The notes beneath the pieces are model-generated. The model was not told where the DNA came from, searched no databases, and saw only the letters and a program-made list of their open reading frames with translations. A stretch of 64,000 bases of DNA. Source: Candidatus Poribacteria bacterium (lineage in GTDB: Bacteria; Poribacteria; WGA-4E; WGA-3G). The stretch is from the NCBI GenBank assembly GCA_965197475.1, contig CBDANF010000003.1, positions 608,001 to 672,000 on the forward strand. The letters run 5' to 3'. This document shows positions 33,908-44,898 of this stretch, in pieces. Each line of letters opens with the position of its first letter. Position 1 is the first letter of the stretch. The position numbers were made by a program, and so were the translations under genes.

Positions 33908-34891
33908 GCTCATGTAAAAAGTAAGTGCTATTTTTTCAAAGTTATGTTAGAGTGTTACCTATGGACTTTCCAATACAATCTCTCCTGGATGAAGAAAAAA
34001 CTCAAGCGTGGGTGTTGGATCATTTCCACCTTCAAGGGCTGTGTTGCCCAAAATGCCAAGCGAGCGTGGCGGAGGCACGCAAGTTCCGTCCGACTGAAAC
34101 AAGTGGTCTACAAGTGTATCGCTGCAAACACTGTGAGAGCATCTACAACCTCTATACCGGGACGGTCTTTGCTGGCACGCAGTTTCGTCCCTCACAGGTC
34201 GTTCTGCTTTTGCGCGGTGTCTGTCAAGGTGTTTCAAGTGCACAACTCGGGTGTGAACTGGGTCTAAGTCGTCAAACCGTTCTTTCTATAAGACGTAAAC
34301 TCCAAACTTCGGCAGAGCAGATACAACCCGAAGCTGCTTTACCTGATGCTGAAGTCGAAACAGATGAGATGTTTCAAAACGCCGGTGAAAAAGGCGATAA
34401 GCACGTTGATGCTTCGGATCCGCCGCGTCGGCGTGGCAATAAACGCAGGGGACATGGGACTTATGACAATGATCGTCCGCCTATTGTTGGGACGAAAGGT
34501 CGCGAAAGCGGTCTCCTGAGATTACGTGTTGTGCGGCACACCGATTCTGCGACGCTTTCAACACACGTTCATCAGTGGACGTTGCCGACTTCAACGGTGT
34601 ATACGGATGGTTGGCGTGGCTATAACCGTATTCAGCGCGCCCGTGAGATTGTTCTCCATAAGGATGGCGAGTGGGCAAGAGACGCAGACGGTGATGGTCT
34701 TTACGAGATCCATACAAGGACGATTGAAGGTGCCTGGACGACGCTGCGAAACTTCCTTCGTCCCTTTCGTGGCGTTCATAAAAAGTTCCTCGCCGGTTAC
34801 GTCGCAATCTGTGAGTTCGTCATGAATCTAAAAGCTGTCAGTGTTGATTTTATAGCAAAACTCGTCAAAAGCACTTACTCTTGACATGAGC
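33908..34891 (+). mobile_element. IS1595-family insertion sequence
   Basis: TIRs GCTCATGTAAAAAGTAAGTGCT / AGCACTTACTCTTGACATGAGC around the transposase. Confidence 0.85.
33961..34884 (+). CDS. IS1595-family (ISXO2-like) transposase
   Basis: Zn ribbon CPKC...YRCKHC; VETDE, VYTDGWRGY, HTRTIEGAW, FRGVHKKFLAGY. Confidence 0.9.
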   Translation: MDFPIQSLLDEEKTQAWVLDHFHLQGLCCPKCQASVAEARKFRPTETSGLQVYRCKHCESIYNLYTGTVFAGTQFRPSQVVLLLRGVCQGVSSAQLGCELGLSRQTVLSIRRKLQTSAEQIQPEAALPDAEVETDEMFQNAGEKGDKHVDASDPPRRRGNKRRGHGTYDNDRPPIVGTKGRESGLLRLRVVRHTDSATLSTHVHQWTLPTSTVYTDGWRGYNRIQRAREIVLHKDGEWARDADGDGLYEIHTRTIEGAWTTLRNFLRPFRGVHKKFLAGYVAICEFVMNLKAVSVDFIAKLVKSTYS

Positions 34892-35043
34892 GAGCCCGAT
34901 TTATGTGGATAGTAGACGTACAGGACCCTGATTCCTCCATTCAAAAACCGAAAACTGAATGCCTCTGCGGGTTAAGGTTTAGGGTGTAAATTTCAACCTA
35001 AGTCCTGTCTATACGTCTATTTTGCAAAATCTGGAGCACAAAA

Positions 35044-36117
35044 ATGCAAAAACTACTTAATCAGATTGCAGCACATTTTCAAATTAATCCGACTGATATT
35101 TCAATTGGAAAGATTCTACACGGGAAACGAGAAAAGCAGAACGTCTACCGCTTGATTATCAGAGCGAAAAGTTACCTGCTCAAACAGTACGAAATTACTG
35201 TCCCTGTGACCGAATCAGGTTTCACACCATTTCAAATAGAGAAGTTCACATTATCAACACTCTACAAGGGTGGGTGTCTTGTACCGCAGGTGGTGTGGGA
35301 ATCTGAACAACATCATGCATTATTACTCAATTGGTGTGGAGATGAGACTCTCGATTCCTTAGCACAGAGCAGTTCGGATTCAAGCCTTATGCCTATTCTA
35401 CATACTATTTTGATGCAATTGTGCAGACTTGAAGCCTTTTTTACGGAAAATAGAGCGCAATTCAGACCTTATGTTTTTCATTCTGAAATCAAAAAGACCT
35501 TACAACAGCTACTTGAACAAGGCAGAAAAACAGTCGGTTACTTGGAACATTTGAGTAGGACATCGCTCGCCTCATCACAAGCAGTGCAGCTTGATGCAGC
35601 ATGGCATTCCCTTTCTAATCAACTTATAGCGGCGCAGCCAACTTTGGGCGTTCTTGACTACCAAGCACGCAATATCATAATTGACGATGAACTTCCTTAT
35701 TTTATCGATTTTGCAAGCATTGGTTGGGATTGGCAGGAACGGAGGTTGGTGCAATTTTTTAATAGCATTGGTGCCTCCCAAAAAGATGCTAACTTTGTTT
35801 CTCTGTTGAACCGTGAATTAGTTGATGTGTACGCAAGTTGGGTAGCTAACCATCGCGAAAGGTGTTCCACTGCTGATATTGCAGCGCGTGTAGATGGACA
35901 CCATCTGCTTTTTTATCTCTCTGTTATCTATAAACTTTTGGAAGCAGTGGCAAGACCTGAAACGTCTGAAAACCAGATTCTGCTACAAGCATGGGGAGAT
36001 GTACGGTTGAGATTCCAACGTGCGATTTCGCTGATTGTTAACTCAAATTTGAGTGACGATGTATCCACGGCCCAAATCCGTGAAATAATCGGGAAATTTC
36101 AGGCTGAAATTTCTTAG
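35044..36117 (+). CDS. Aminoglycoside-phosphotransferase/choline-kinase-like protein
   Basis: YLLK, VPQV, LDYQARNII, FIDF kinase-fold motifs. Confidence 0.65.
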   Translation: MQKLLNQIAAHFQINPTDISIGKILHGKREKQNVYRLIIRAKSYLLKQYEITVPVTESGFTPFQIEKFTLSTLYKGGCLVPQVVWESEQHHALLLNWCGDETLDSLAQSSSDSSLMPILHTILMQLCRLEAFFTENRAQFRPYVFHSEIKKTLQQLLEQGRKTVGYLEHLSRTSLASSQAVQLDAAWHSLSNQLIAAQPTLGVLDYQARNIIIDDELPYFIDFASIGWDWQERRLVQFFNSIGASQKDANFVSLLNRELVDVYASWVANHRERCSTADIAARVDGHHLLFYLSVIYKLLEAVARPETSENQILLQAWGDVRLRFQRAISLIVNSNLSDDVSTAQIREIIGKFQAEIS

Positions 36118-36175
36118 TATGGCATTTCGATTCTCATCCTGCTGTCTGAAAGTCGGAGTCATTAGAAATAGCAGG

Positions 36176-36586
36176 CTATTCTTCAGTGATAATTGTTTCT
36201 TCAAGTTCTGTCAAAAACTGCTCTACTTCCGGGGTTGACGGCTTAATTTCTTCCGTGGATAATCCTGGGTTATGAAATTTAGTTTGATATGAATTGAGTA
36301 ACTCATAGAGAGATTTTAGGTCAATTTGTCGATTGTTAATAGCATCGTGAACGTTCTGAAATTGATCCTCTACTTTTTCTTGTGGGATACCATCAGGACG
36401 GTTTGTTATGAGAAGTTTTTCAGTACCCTGTAAGGCACGGGCAGCCATCCAGTACCTGAAACCTTCAGCACCTCCGACTCGGTTGTAAACAAATACACCG
36501 ATACCAATACTCACAATGAGAATCGAAAGGAGAAAAATGAGTACCCGCCTGTAACAACCGCTAATCTTTTGTGCTATGAGTGACAT
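36176..36586 (-). CDS. Hypothetical protein with N-terminal TM helix
   Basis: 136-aa ORF, hydrophobic N-terminus, GAGG RBS upstream. Confidence 0.7.
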   Translation of the reverse strand: MSLIAQKISGCYRRVLIFLLSILIVSIGIGVFVYNRVGGAEGFRYWMAARALQGTEKLLITNRPDGIPQEKVEDQFQNVHDAINNRQIDLKSLYELLNSYQTKFHNPGLSTEEIKPSTPEVEQFLTELEETIITEE

Positions 36587-36669
36587 CTATCGTATTTTCC
36601 CCTCACTTCTATTTTTTAAGTTGACGTTTCAAATGAGTCTAAATCTTTAATTTCTCTATGAAAACTCAG

Positions 36670-37350
36670 TTATACACCGCGTTTTTCGCCCCAGATATCA
36701 ACATGCACGCGCGGTGAATAGCGATATCCATTTTCTTTGCAGAGTTCAACTAACCATTCCTGTTTCTGATGTAGCATCTCTGGAGTTTTGCCTTGAGGCA
36801 TCAACATAATCGTTTCAGGTGGAATGCCAATGTCTTCCTGCAAGGCTTGAATTTCCGCGAGATCGTCCGGCGTATCTACGACAAATTTTACTTGACACGT
36901 ATAAGTGTCCAAAAACTTTCGAATAACTTCGGGACAGATACGTTCCCGTTCGTGTCGTTTGAAAAAACGATTGGCTGAAGGTGGGTTGGAATTACGCAGC
37001 TTTGGACTCATCGAAATCAGGTGTGCTGCAACTTCTGCGAATAGGGTTGCATTCGTTTCAATTGTGATGTGGTGTCCCTGTTTATCTAACTCGCCACACA
37101 GTTCTATCAAGTCTTTAGTTTGGATAAATGGTTCCCCGCCAGTGATGACGACATGTTTACATCCGAATTGTGTAATTGCTGCAACGCTTTCGGCAACAGT
37201 AATATCTCTATTTTCTGGTTCCCAAGATGTGTAGGGTGTGTCACACCAAGTACATCTTAGATTGCAGTAACTTGTTCGAAAGAAAACAGATGGAACTCCT
37301 ATAAGCTGCCCTTCTCCCTGAATTGTGTGGAACAGTTCACTATATTTCAT
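36670..37350 (-). CDS. queE: 7-carboxy-7-deazaguanine synthase (radical SAM)
   Basis: ELFHTIQGEG..IGVPSVFFRTSYCNLRCTWCDT, VVITGGEP, IETN, SPK, RYSPRVH. Confidence 0.92.
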   Translation of the reverse strand: MKYSELFHTIQGEGQLIGVPSVFFRTSYCNLRCTWCDTPYTSWEPENRDITVAESVAAITQFGCKHVVITGGEPFIQTKDLIELCGELDKQGHHITIETNATLFAEVAAHLISMSPKLRNSNPPSANRFFKRHERERICPEVIRKFLDTYTCQVKFVVDTPDDLAEIQALQEDIGIPPETIMLMPQGKTPEMLHQKQEWLVELCKENGYRYSPRVHVDIWGEKRGV

Positions 37351-37406
37351 AGGATATCTCGCTGTTACAATCAGGAACAAGGAGACACATTAATTCTCAA
37401 AAGCAC

Positions 37407-37778
37407 TTAAGCCTCAATGAGTTCAATCTGAACGTTATCCGGTCCCTTGAAAAATGCCATCATGAGTCCGGCAGGTTTTAGGTCTTCAAGTTCAGCACCT
37501 TTTGCCTGTAGTTCTGCCACAGCAGCGTCAAGGTCTTCTACAGTAAAGGCAAGTTGATAAACGCCCCAGCGGGGGTTGCCGCTCGTCGGTTCAACATCCA
37601 TATCACTAAATTTAGGTGAGAGGAAAATTCGTTCACCACCGATTTCCATCCGTACAATTTTCAATCCTCTGACTTCAACGGTATCGGTGACCTGCCCGTC
37701 AAACATCTTTTCATAATATTCGATTGCACCTTCAAGGTCTTCACATCTGAGATGGATATGATGAAATGTATACGCCAT
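37407..37778 (-). CDS. VOC/glyoxalase family protein
   Basis: FHHIHL, QLAFTVEDL, FFKGPDNVQIEL. Confidence 0.88.
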   Translation of the reverse strand: MAYTFHHIHLRCEDLEGAIEYYEKMFDGQVTDTVEVRGLKIVRMEIGGERIFLSPKFSDMDVEPTSGNPRWGVYQLAFTVEDLDAAVAELQAKGAELEDLKPAGLMMAFFKGPDNVQIELIEA

Positions 37779-37939
37779 AAAAAACTCCTTATGTAAAAAT
37801 TACTAATATGGTTTTGGTAAACTGCTTAATTTTGTCAAAATGTTTCTAAAGTTTAGGCACAATAAGCACCTTTGACAAAACGTCTGAATGCTGTTATTAT
37901 ACCAAAAACTTTTTATGAAGTCAAGAGAGAAGGTATTTT

Positions 37940-40171
37940 ATGTCGTTAGAGGAATATACCACGTTTCACTCCGAACATCTTGATTTGTTGGCGACAGAAC
38001 TCGCAAAACGAGAAATACCAGTCATTAATCAATTCGAGCCGATAGCTGATTTTGAAGAACTTTTCACCTTTTCTCAAGCACATCCTACACCAATTGAATT
38101 TGCTGAGCAACAGCCAGCATGGCGGCTTGAATCAGTCGCAGCACGCGTAATTGAAGTGCTCGGTATTGCAGTGCATGAAACTCTTGGCAAAGCAGAATGG
38201 GAAACGTTAGCCCAAATACTTTTAGAACATGCGGAATATCTCTATACGTATCCGGAAGCACCCACAGCACGTGAAAAATTGGCGGCTGGTAGTGCATTGG
38301 CATTAGCAAGTAGCGTTTGTGCTACGATGCCGCAAGCCGAGCTTTGGCGACTCGCTGGATTTGGACGAATTGCTGCAACTCTCCGTGAAATAGCCCCCAC
38401 ATCATCAGATACGCATATAATTCAGCCGCTTGAAGCCGCATTTTTGCTCGCAAATGCGCTAAACTTTCCAATTTTGGATTCCGCAATTGAATGCTATAAC
38501 ACGGTTCTAAACCGTCGTTTTACAGCTAAAAACAGATTAAGGTTTCCGTTAAGCGATAAAGAATTCTTTTACTATCTCAATTTGGAATTTAGAGGATTGG
38601 AAGCTGTTAAATCTGCTGTTTTAGACGGTGACATCGCGGATGCAGTGTCCGAATATACAATCTATCGCAAGGAGTACTTAAAGAATTTTAAAGATATTTC
38701 GCATTTAGAAAGGATAGATACCTTTAGCACGATCAAATTGTATTTTGACTGCTTGCTAAAATTGTCCATTTATCCAACACCTCCGATTTCGCCAACTACG
38801 GAAATCGGTATTGCAGCACTTCTCTATCCAGAATTTCGTATCAGTCAGCAACTTCTTGTGCTGGCATCTCGCCGCTACAAGTGGATAGTTGATGCTTTTT
38901 TCTATCCGGATGGTTTTCATAGAGATACGTCGCTACGTTCTCAAGTAGAAGCTATTACAGATTTTTCCAGATTTCTGCATATTTATGACAAGGTAAAGCA
39001 TCTCTACTGCTTTGCGTGTGCTGAAGAGATGAAAACGTTATTGGAGAAGCAGTTAGAAGCATGCATCTATATTTGTCAACCAGATTTGTCTTTTCCACCT
39101 TTCGGTGCTAATCCTGTTCCAGATAGTTTAGATGCTGTTGAAGTGTGTAATATCGGGAATATTGGTAACTTTAATCGGAAAGATTTTCAATACATCAGTT
39201 CTATGAGAAATAAGGGTAGTAAACCTCCGGCATTATCGCACGCGCTACCTTATATTGGCTACTATGTAATGCGAGATAGTTGGGAATCTGATGCACAATA
39301 CCTCTGTTTTGATAGTGGACCGTTAGGAAAACTGGGTTATGAAGACAAGTTGAGTTTTGTGTTGTACGCTCATGGACGACAACTTATCACACACAACCGT
39401 AGAAATGGATTTGGAAATTCATACCGCACAACAAGCGAAGCACACAACGTTGTTCTGATTCACGGGAAAAGGCAACTAACTGCACCGGAAATTGTTCCGG
39501 ACCCTGATACTCAATGGATTACGACCTCTGCATTTGATTTCGTAGAGGGGTGGTATAAGGCACTTGATTTCCATCATAAACGATCCATTTTTTATGTTAA
39601 AGGGGAATACTTTATTTTGCATGACGTCGTTATCGGGGACGGAGAACATGTGCTGGAACAAATTTTTCATCTCGGCTCATGTGGTGAGCAAATTACCGAC
39701 CGACATATTGTGTCAAATACTGGACAAGTTTGCACGCGGGAAGTTGGACACAGTAATATTTTTATTGGTGCTGTTGATGCGACTAACCTTGTCGCTAAAT
39801 TGGATGGTAATCGGCTTGCTTACCATGCCCAGCGTGAATTGCCTGCAGTATTCAATGTGGTACTGTTTCCGATGAAACCCCACGTGGAAAACCTTCCTAC
39901 AGTTCGCTCAGTTTCTGTCAATGCGGATGCGGATGTATTAGCTACCGGTTTCACGGTAAAATCTAACGGCGTAACAGATACATTTCTGATCTCTGACGAT
40001 GGTTTTGCATCAATGTCAACTTCGGAGACAGAGGAAAAAATTGAATTTGAGGGTGAATATCTGTTTTTGCGTGGCGATAAATTCGTGATGCTTAACGGGA
40101 AATACCTTAAAGTAGGCACAAAAGTGCTTACCGAGTTAGATGAACCACAAGAACGTTATGTGAGTATGTAG
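37940..40171 (+). CDS. Heparinase II/III-like protein
   Basis: GYYVMRDSW, FDSGPLG, DKLSFVLYAHG, AHNVVLI, HKRSIFY. Confidence 0.75.
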   Translation: MSLEEYTTFHSEHLDLLATELAKREIPVINQFEPIADFEELFTFSQAHPTPIEFAEQQPAWRLESVAARVIEVLGIAVHETLGKAEWETLAQILLEHAEYLYTYPEAPTAREKLAAGSALALASSVCATMPQAELWRLAGFGRIAATLREIAPTSSDTHIIQPLEAAFLLANALNFPILDSAIECYNTVLNRRFTAKNRLRFPLSDKEFFYYLNLEFRGLEAVKSAVLDGDIADAVSEYTIYRKEYLKNFKDISHLERIDTFSTIKLYFDCLLKLSIYPTPPISPTTEIGIAALLYPEFRISQQLLVLASRRYKWIVDAFFYPDGFHRDTSLRSQVEAITDFSRFLHIYDKVKHLYCFACAEEMKTLLEKQLEACIYICQPDLSFPPFGANPVPDSLDAVEVCNIGNIGNFNRKDFQYISSMRNKGSKPPALSHALPYIGYYVMRDSWESDAQYLCFDSGPLGKLGYEDKLSFVLYAHGRQLITHNRRNGFGNSYRTTSEAHNVVLIHGKRQLTAPEIVPDPDTQWITTSAFDFVEGWYKALDFHHKRSIFYVKGEYFILHDVVIGDGEHVLEQIFHLGSCGEQITDRHIVSNTGQVCTREVGHSNIFIGAVDATNLVAKLDGNRLAYHAQRELPAVFNVVLFPMKPHVENLPTVRSVSVNADADVLATGFTVKSNGVTDTFLISDDGFASMSTSETEEKIEFEGEYLFLRGDKFVMLNGKYLKVGTKVLTELDEPQERYVSM

Positions 40172-40334
40172 GACGGGTATAGGATTATTTTGTTTTAGGT
40201 TTTCCCATCATAGTTAGGAGATCGCGCCTTAATATTGAAAACTAAATGACAAATGACCCTAATTGGTTGAGAACAGTTTTGAAATCTGCTATATTATTTT
40301 GCACGAAACTTGTTGTATCCGGAGGTGAAGAATA

Positions 40335-40995
40335 ATGCGCTTTTTACGAAACATCGTTACTTGGATTGCTTCATTAGAATCCGGAGAGACTTTTCAAATT
40401 AGAATCCGGAGAGACTTTTCAAAAATGGATTCCAATTTTCCTTAAGATATTGGGTGTGCTTGCTTTGGCGTATACTGTCGTGTGGGGTATTGCCATTGGC
40501 GGAGGGATAGTAATAGGAAGGGACAGTATCCGAATATTTTCACTGACGCTTCTCATTCCTGGGGCAATTCTGGCAGTATTTCTCAACATTACGATCGGAA
40601 CAGTCCTCATTATGCTGTTTTGGAACAGATCCAATAAAATCAACACCCTTCATGATGAATCTGATTTCACGTTATTAAAAATTGCGGTTATTCTAATCAG
40701 ACTGTTTGGCGAAGTTACGTTTATCGTATCAATTGGCATAGGTTTTCTCGCGTTGATAGCTTCGATCTTTGGAATTGATATCCCAAGTTTTTTCAATTTC
40801 TTTTATTTTCCGAGTGGTCTTGAGATTTCTATTGGAACGGTCTCAGTAATTGTTTTCCTTATATATGGTATAATTGCATTGATTTTCAGTTATATTATTG
40901 CTGCGTTGCTCAATCTGATCGTGCGGATGGCGACAGATCTCAGGAAAATTGAGACTAAAAGGCATCATGGAGAAGATGACTCTGATTTACAATAG
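40335..40995 (+). pseudogene. Membrane protein frameshifted by a 25-bp tandem duplication
   Basis: GGAGG RBS and ATG at 40335; TTAGAATCCGGAGAGACTTTTCAAA at 40374 and 40399; removing one copy joins the ATG to ORF 40450..40995. Confidence 0.75.
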
Positions 40996-41215
40996 CTTGC
41001 TTAGTCCTTTCCTCTAAACGAGGAGCAGTCGTTGGTCAAGGCATAAGTAATAGAAAAACCAATATTTTCATAATTAAGGGTGCGAATTCTGGCTGTATAT
41101 TCAGGATTGAAAGCACTAGAGTGGGCTACGGTGATGCAAAATACGTAGTACCGATGAATAAACTTAAAATTCATTTCTGGTTACCTCAACGAAGTTTCTT
41201 ATGGAGGAATAAATA

Positions 41216-43231
41216 ATGGATGAACAACGTCACGAACTCGCTCACGTTTTTGCTGAGCCTTCACAGACTGTTAACGATGCAAGAGGTACTGCCTCACGCG
41301 ACGCCAATACACCGTATACCTTTCCAAACTACACAAAAGCGGAGTGGACAGAAAAAGCTGACGCATTACGTCAGCAGATTCGGGTGGCAACCGGCTTAGT
41401 CCCGACACATGAACAGACACCACTAAACGCCAAAATCTTTGGAAAAATTGAACGAGAAGATTATACAGTTGAAAAAGTCTATTTTGAACCTTTCCCAGGC
41501 TTCTTTACTACAGGAAATCTCTACCGTCCAAAAGGGAAAACCGGTCCGTTCCCGGGAATTGTAACCCCACATGGACATTGGGGACGTGGACGTTTAGAAG
41601 ACATTGAGCGCGGTTCGATTCCTGCTCGGTGCATAAACTTCGCTAAACAGGGATATATTGTCTTTTCCTACGATATGATTGGTACAAATGATAGTGGTAA
41701 ACAGATTGAACATTACTACGGAAGGGAGCGGGAGGCTCTCTGGGGGTTGAGTGGGATGGGACTCCAACTTCAGAATGGCATTCACTCCATAGACTTTTTA
41801 GAAAGCCTACCGGATGTAGATAAGGAACGCATCGGTTGCACAGGCGCGTCGGGTGGGGGAACACAAACCTTTATCTTAACCGCAGTTGATGAACGCATCA
41901 AGGTCTCTGCACCTGTCAACATGATTTCTGCGACGATGCAGGGCGGTTGTCGATGTGAAAACGCTCCGAATTTACGGTTGGATGCAAGTAACCTTGAGAT
42001 TGCAGCATTGATGGCACCGCGTCCGCTGCTGCTTGTTTCAGCGACAGGCGATTGGACAGTCAATACACCAACGGTTGAATACCCCGCAATCCGAAGCGTT
42101 TATGCACATTTTGATGCGGAAGACAAGGTGCATCAGGTTCAGGTGGATGCGGAGCATAACTACAATAAAGAGAGCCGCGAGGCGGTATACGCATGGTTCG
42201 CGAAGTGGTTGTTAGAAGTAGAGGACACCTCCGCATTCAAAGAGGTGCCGTATCAGGTTGAATCAGATGAAGTCTTGTTAGTGTTCTCTGATCGTGATAT
42301 GCCTAAGCATGCGCTGAAACAAGAGGAAATTCTGCCTGCTTGGGTTAAAAGTTCTCAAGAAACGATTGAAAAATATAAACCGACGAATGAAAGTGAGCAT
42401 GAGAAGTTTAAGGAGAAGATGGGAAGTGCGTTACAACATGCCCTCGGATTGCATATACCAAACAGTAGTGAGGTGACGCTTGCTGAACCAGAAGGTGCTT
42501 TTCCAACGACATATCATCCTAACTATTCTGCGCGTCACCTTGTCATCAATAGAAAGGGTATCGGAGATGCTATCCCGGCAATCCTATTTCGCTCAGAACC
42601 GCTGGTAGGACATGACCCTGTAGTTGTCATTGTGCATCCAGAAGGTAAAGAGAAGTTAATTGATTCGGAAACAGGTGAACCTTTGCCAATTATCACCGAC
42701 CTTGTGAGTTCTATTCCTGATCATAAAATCCTCATTATTGATGTCTTTGGAACGGGAGAACATGGGGAGTACCAAAGATCGGAGGATACAAACTATTTTA
42801 CCACCTACAACCGAACAACTGCGGCATTACGTGTGCAGGACATATTGACTACATTGCTCTATTTCTCAACCAGAGGTGATGTTTCGGAGGTTAGCCTCAT
42901 CGGAATAGGCGAAGCAGGTTTGTGGGGATTGCTTGCAGCGGGATTCGCGAATATCAAAAACGTAGTTGTGGATACAGCACATTTTGATAACGGTAATGAT
43001 GATGCCTATTTGGAAACTTTACCGATTCCGAGTCTACGCAAAATAGGTGATTTTCGCACGGCGGGGACACTTGTAGCACCACGAAATCTAATTATTCACA
43101 ATACGGGTGATGTCTTTAACACAGCGTGGATTGAGAAGGTGTATCGGAATGTCGGTGCAGGACAACATCTGCTTGTGAGAAACGAAATTATGTCAGATGC
43201 AGAAATAGCAGGAAGAATAGCTGAGTTATAG
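41216..43231 (+). CDS. Acetylxylan-esterase-like alpha/beta hydrolase with two hydrolase-like domains
   Basis: YTVEKVYF, GNLYRP, PHGHW, IGCTGASGGGTQT nucleophile elbow, ALMAPRPLL, HNY. Confidence 0.8.
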   Translation: MDEQRHELAHVFAEPSQTVNDARGTASRDANTPYTFPNYTKAEWTEKADALRQQIRVATGLVPTHEQTPLNAKIFGKIEREDYTVEKVYFEPFPGFFTTGNLYRPKGKTGPFPGIVTPHGHWGRGRLEDIERGSIPARCINFAKQGYIVFSYDMIGTNDSGKQIEHYYGREREALWGLSGMGLQLQNGIHSIDFLESLPDVDKERIGCTGASGGGTQTFILTAVDERIKVSAPVNMISATMQGGCRCENAPNLRLDASNLEIAALMAPRPLLLVSATGDWTVNTPTVEYPAIRSVYAHFDAEDKVHQVQVDAEHNYNKESREAVYAWFAKWLLEVEDTSAFKEVPYQVESDEVLLVFSDRDMPKHALKQEEILPAWVKSSQETIEKYKPTNESEHEKFKEKMGSALQHALGLHIPNSSEVTLAEPEGAFPTTYHPNYSARHLVINRKGIGDAIPAILFRSEPLVGHDPVVVIVHPEGKEKLIDSETGEPLPIITDLVSSIPDHKILIIDVFGTGEHGEYQRSEDTNYFTTYNRTTAALRVQDILTTLLYFSTRGDVSEVSLIGIGEAGLWGLLAAGFANIKNVVVDTAHFDNGNDDAYLETLPIPSLRKIGDFRTAGTLVAPRNLIIHNTGDVFNTAWIEKVYRNVGAGQHLLVRNEIMSDAEIAGRIAEL

Positions 43232-43428
43232 TAAAATCTAAAAACAAAATGTTAACGATCCTCGGTAGATGCGGTTTCCTAACCAATGCAGAATGCCATA
43301 CGCGCATTTTGCCGAACCATGAGACTGAATAAATACCAGTTAGGTTGGGAAACCGAACCTACCACAGTGTGCAAATAATGAGGCGCGCTTTATAAGCGCG
43401 CCTATTCTTGTTAGGGGTTTTACCTCGT

Positions 43429-44898
43429 TTAGAGGTTATAACCACGTTCGTTGTGTTGTGATATGTCAAGACCCTGACGTTCATCATCCTCTTCAACGCG
43501 TAAGCCGACTATAGCATCAACGATTTTAAGGATTATGAATGAAAGCACACCGCTCCAAACAATGGTGATAACAATGCTAAGGAACTGCTTCCAAACCTGC
43601 ATACCGATGCTATTTTCCATTCCAACACCACCTAAAACTTTAGCAGTAAAGACACCTGTTAACAGCGCACCGACAATTCCACCGATACCGTGAACACCAA
43701 ACGCATCCAGCGAATCGTCATAGCCAAGTTTTGATTTCAAACTGGTGGCTCCCCAGAAACAGACAGCACCAGAGGCGAACCCGATAACAAGCGCGCCGAT
43801 CGGTCCAACTGTGCCTGAAGCAGGCGTAATTGCAACTAACCCAGCAACAGCACCTGTAACTATACCTAAAACACTTGGTTTACCGTGTTTGCCCCACTCA
43901 ATAAACATCCATGTAACTGCAGCAGTAGCGGTTGAAATTTGCGTGACGAGCATTGCCATGCCCGCTGTGCCATTAGCGGCAACAGCACTACCAGCATTGA
44001 AACCGAACCAGCCAATCCAGAGCATTGACGCACCGACCACGGTGAGTGTCAAACTATGCGGCGGCATTGCTGTCGTCTGGTAACCGAGTCGTTTTCCAAC
44101 TAAAATTGCAGCGACTAATGCTGCAATACCTGCGTTAATATGTACTACATTCCCACCTGCAAAATCAAGCGCACCTATAATATTGCCAAACAGTGAACCG
44201 TCGCCTGACCATGCCATGTGGCAAAGAGGCGCATAAACAATCAGCGACCAGACTGCCGAAAAGAGTAGCATTGCAGAGAACTTCATCCGTTCCGCGAATG
44301 CCCCAGCAATCAGGGCAGGTGTAATAATCGCAAACGTCATTTGGAAGACAATGAAAACGGTTTCGGGAATTTTTTCGGTCAGACTATCTACACCAACGTC
44401 TTTCAGGAATATATTGCCGAGTCCTCCAACAAAAGAGTTGAGTGTTATTTTCCCTGCCTCCATACCAGCGGTGTTGAAGGCGAGACTATACCCAATGACA
44501 ATCCATAAGATAGTGATAATCCCTGTTAAGGCGAAACACTGCATCAGCACAGAAAGCACGTTTTGCACGCGCACAAGTCCTCCATAAAAGAGGGCGAGTC
44601 CCGGAATAGTCATAAACAGCACGAGTGCAGTTGCAATAAGCATCCAAGCAGTGTCACCAGAATTTAGGGTTGGTTCTTCCTCCACTGCCGAGGCATCTTG
44701 CTGTTCTGTAGGTGCCTTTTGAGCGATTCGCAAGTTGCGACCTATCGGATCTGATGTATCATCTTGCTGTTCTGTAGGTGCCTCTTGAGCCATAATTAGA
44801 CTTGGTACACAAGATATCAGTAAAATTAATATTAGTGTTCCAATTAGCGTATAATTAAAACGCTTCATTGTTAATTGTGATGCACATCGTTGTTGCAT
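43429..44898 (-). CDS. amtB: Ammonium transporter
   Basis: GDTAWMLIATALVLFMT.PGLALFYGG, FQMTFAIITPAL, DFAGGNVVH, WFGFNAGS, DDSLDAFGVHG. Confidence 0.96.
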   Translation of the reverse strand: MQQRCASQLTMKRFNYTLIGTLILILLISCVPSLIMAQEAPTEQQDDTSDPIGRNLRIAQKAPTEQQDASAVEEEPTLNSGDTAWMLIATALVLFMTIPGLALFYGGLVRVQNVLSVLMQCFALTGIITILWIVIGYSLAFNTAGMEAGKITLNSFVGGLGNIFLKDVGVDSLTEKIPETVFIVFQMTFAIITPALIAGAFAERMKFSAMLLFSAVWSLIVYAPLCHMAWSGDGSLFGNIIGALDFAGGNVVHINAGIAALVAAILVGKRLGYQTTAMPPHSLTLTVVGASMLWIGWFGFNAGSAVAANGTAGMAMLVTQISTATAAVTWMFIEWGKHGKPSVLGIVTGAVAGLVAITPASGTVGPIGALVIGFASGAVCFWGATSLKSKLGYDDSLDAFGVHGIGGIVGALLTGVFTAKVLGGVGMENSIGMQVWKQFLSIVITIVWSGVLSFIILKIVDAIVGLRVEEDDERQGLDISQHNERGYNL

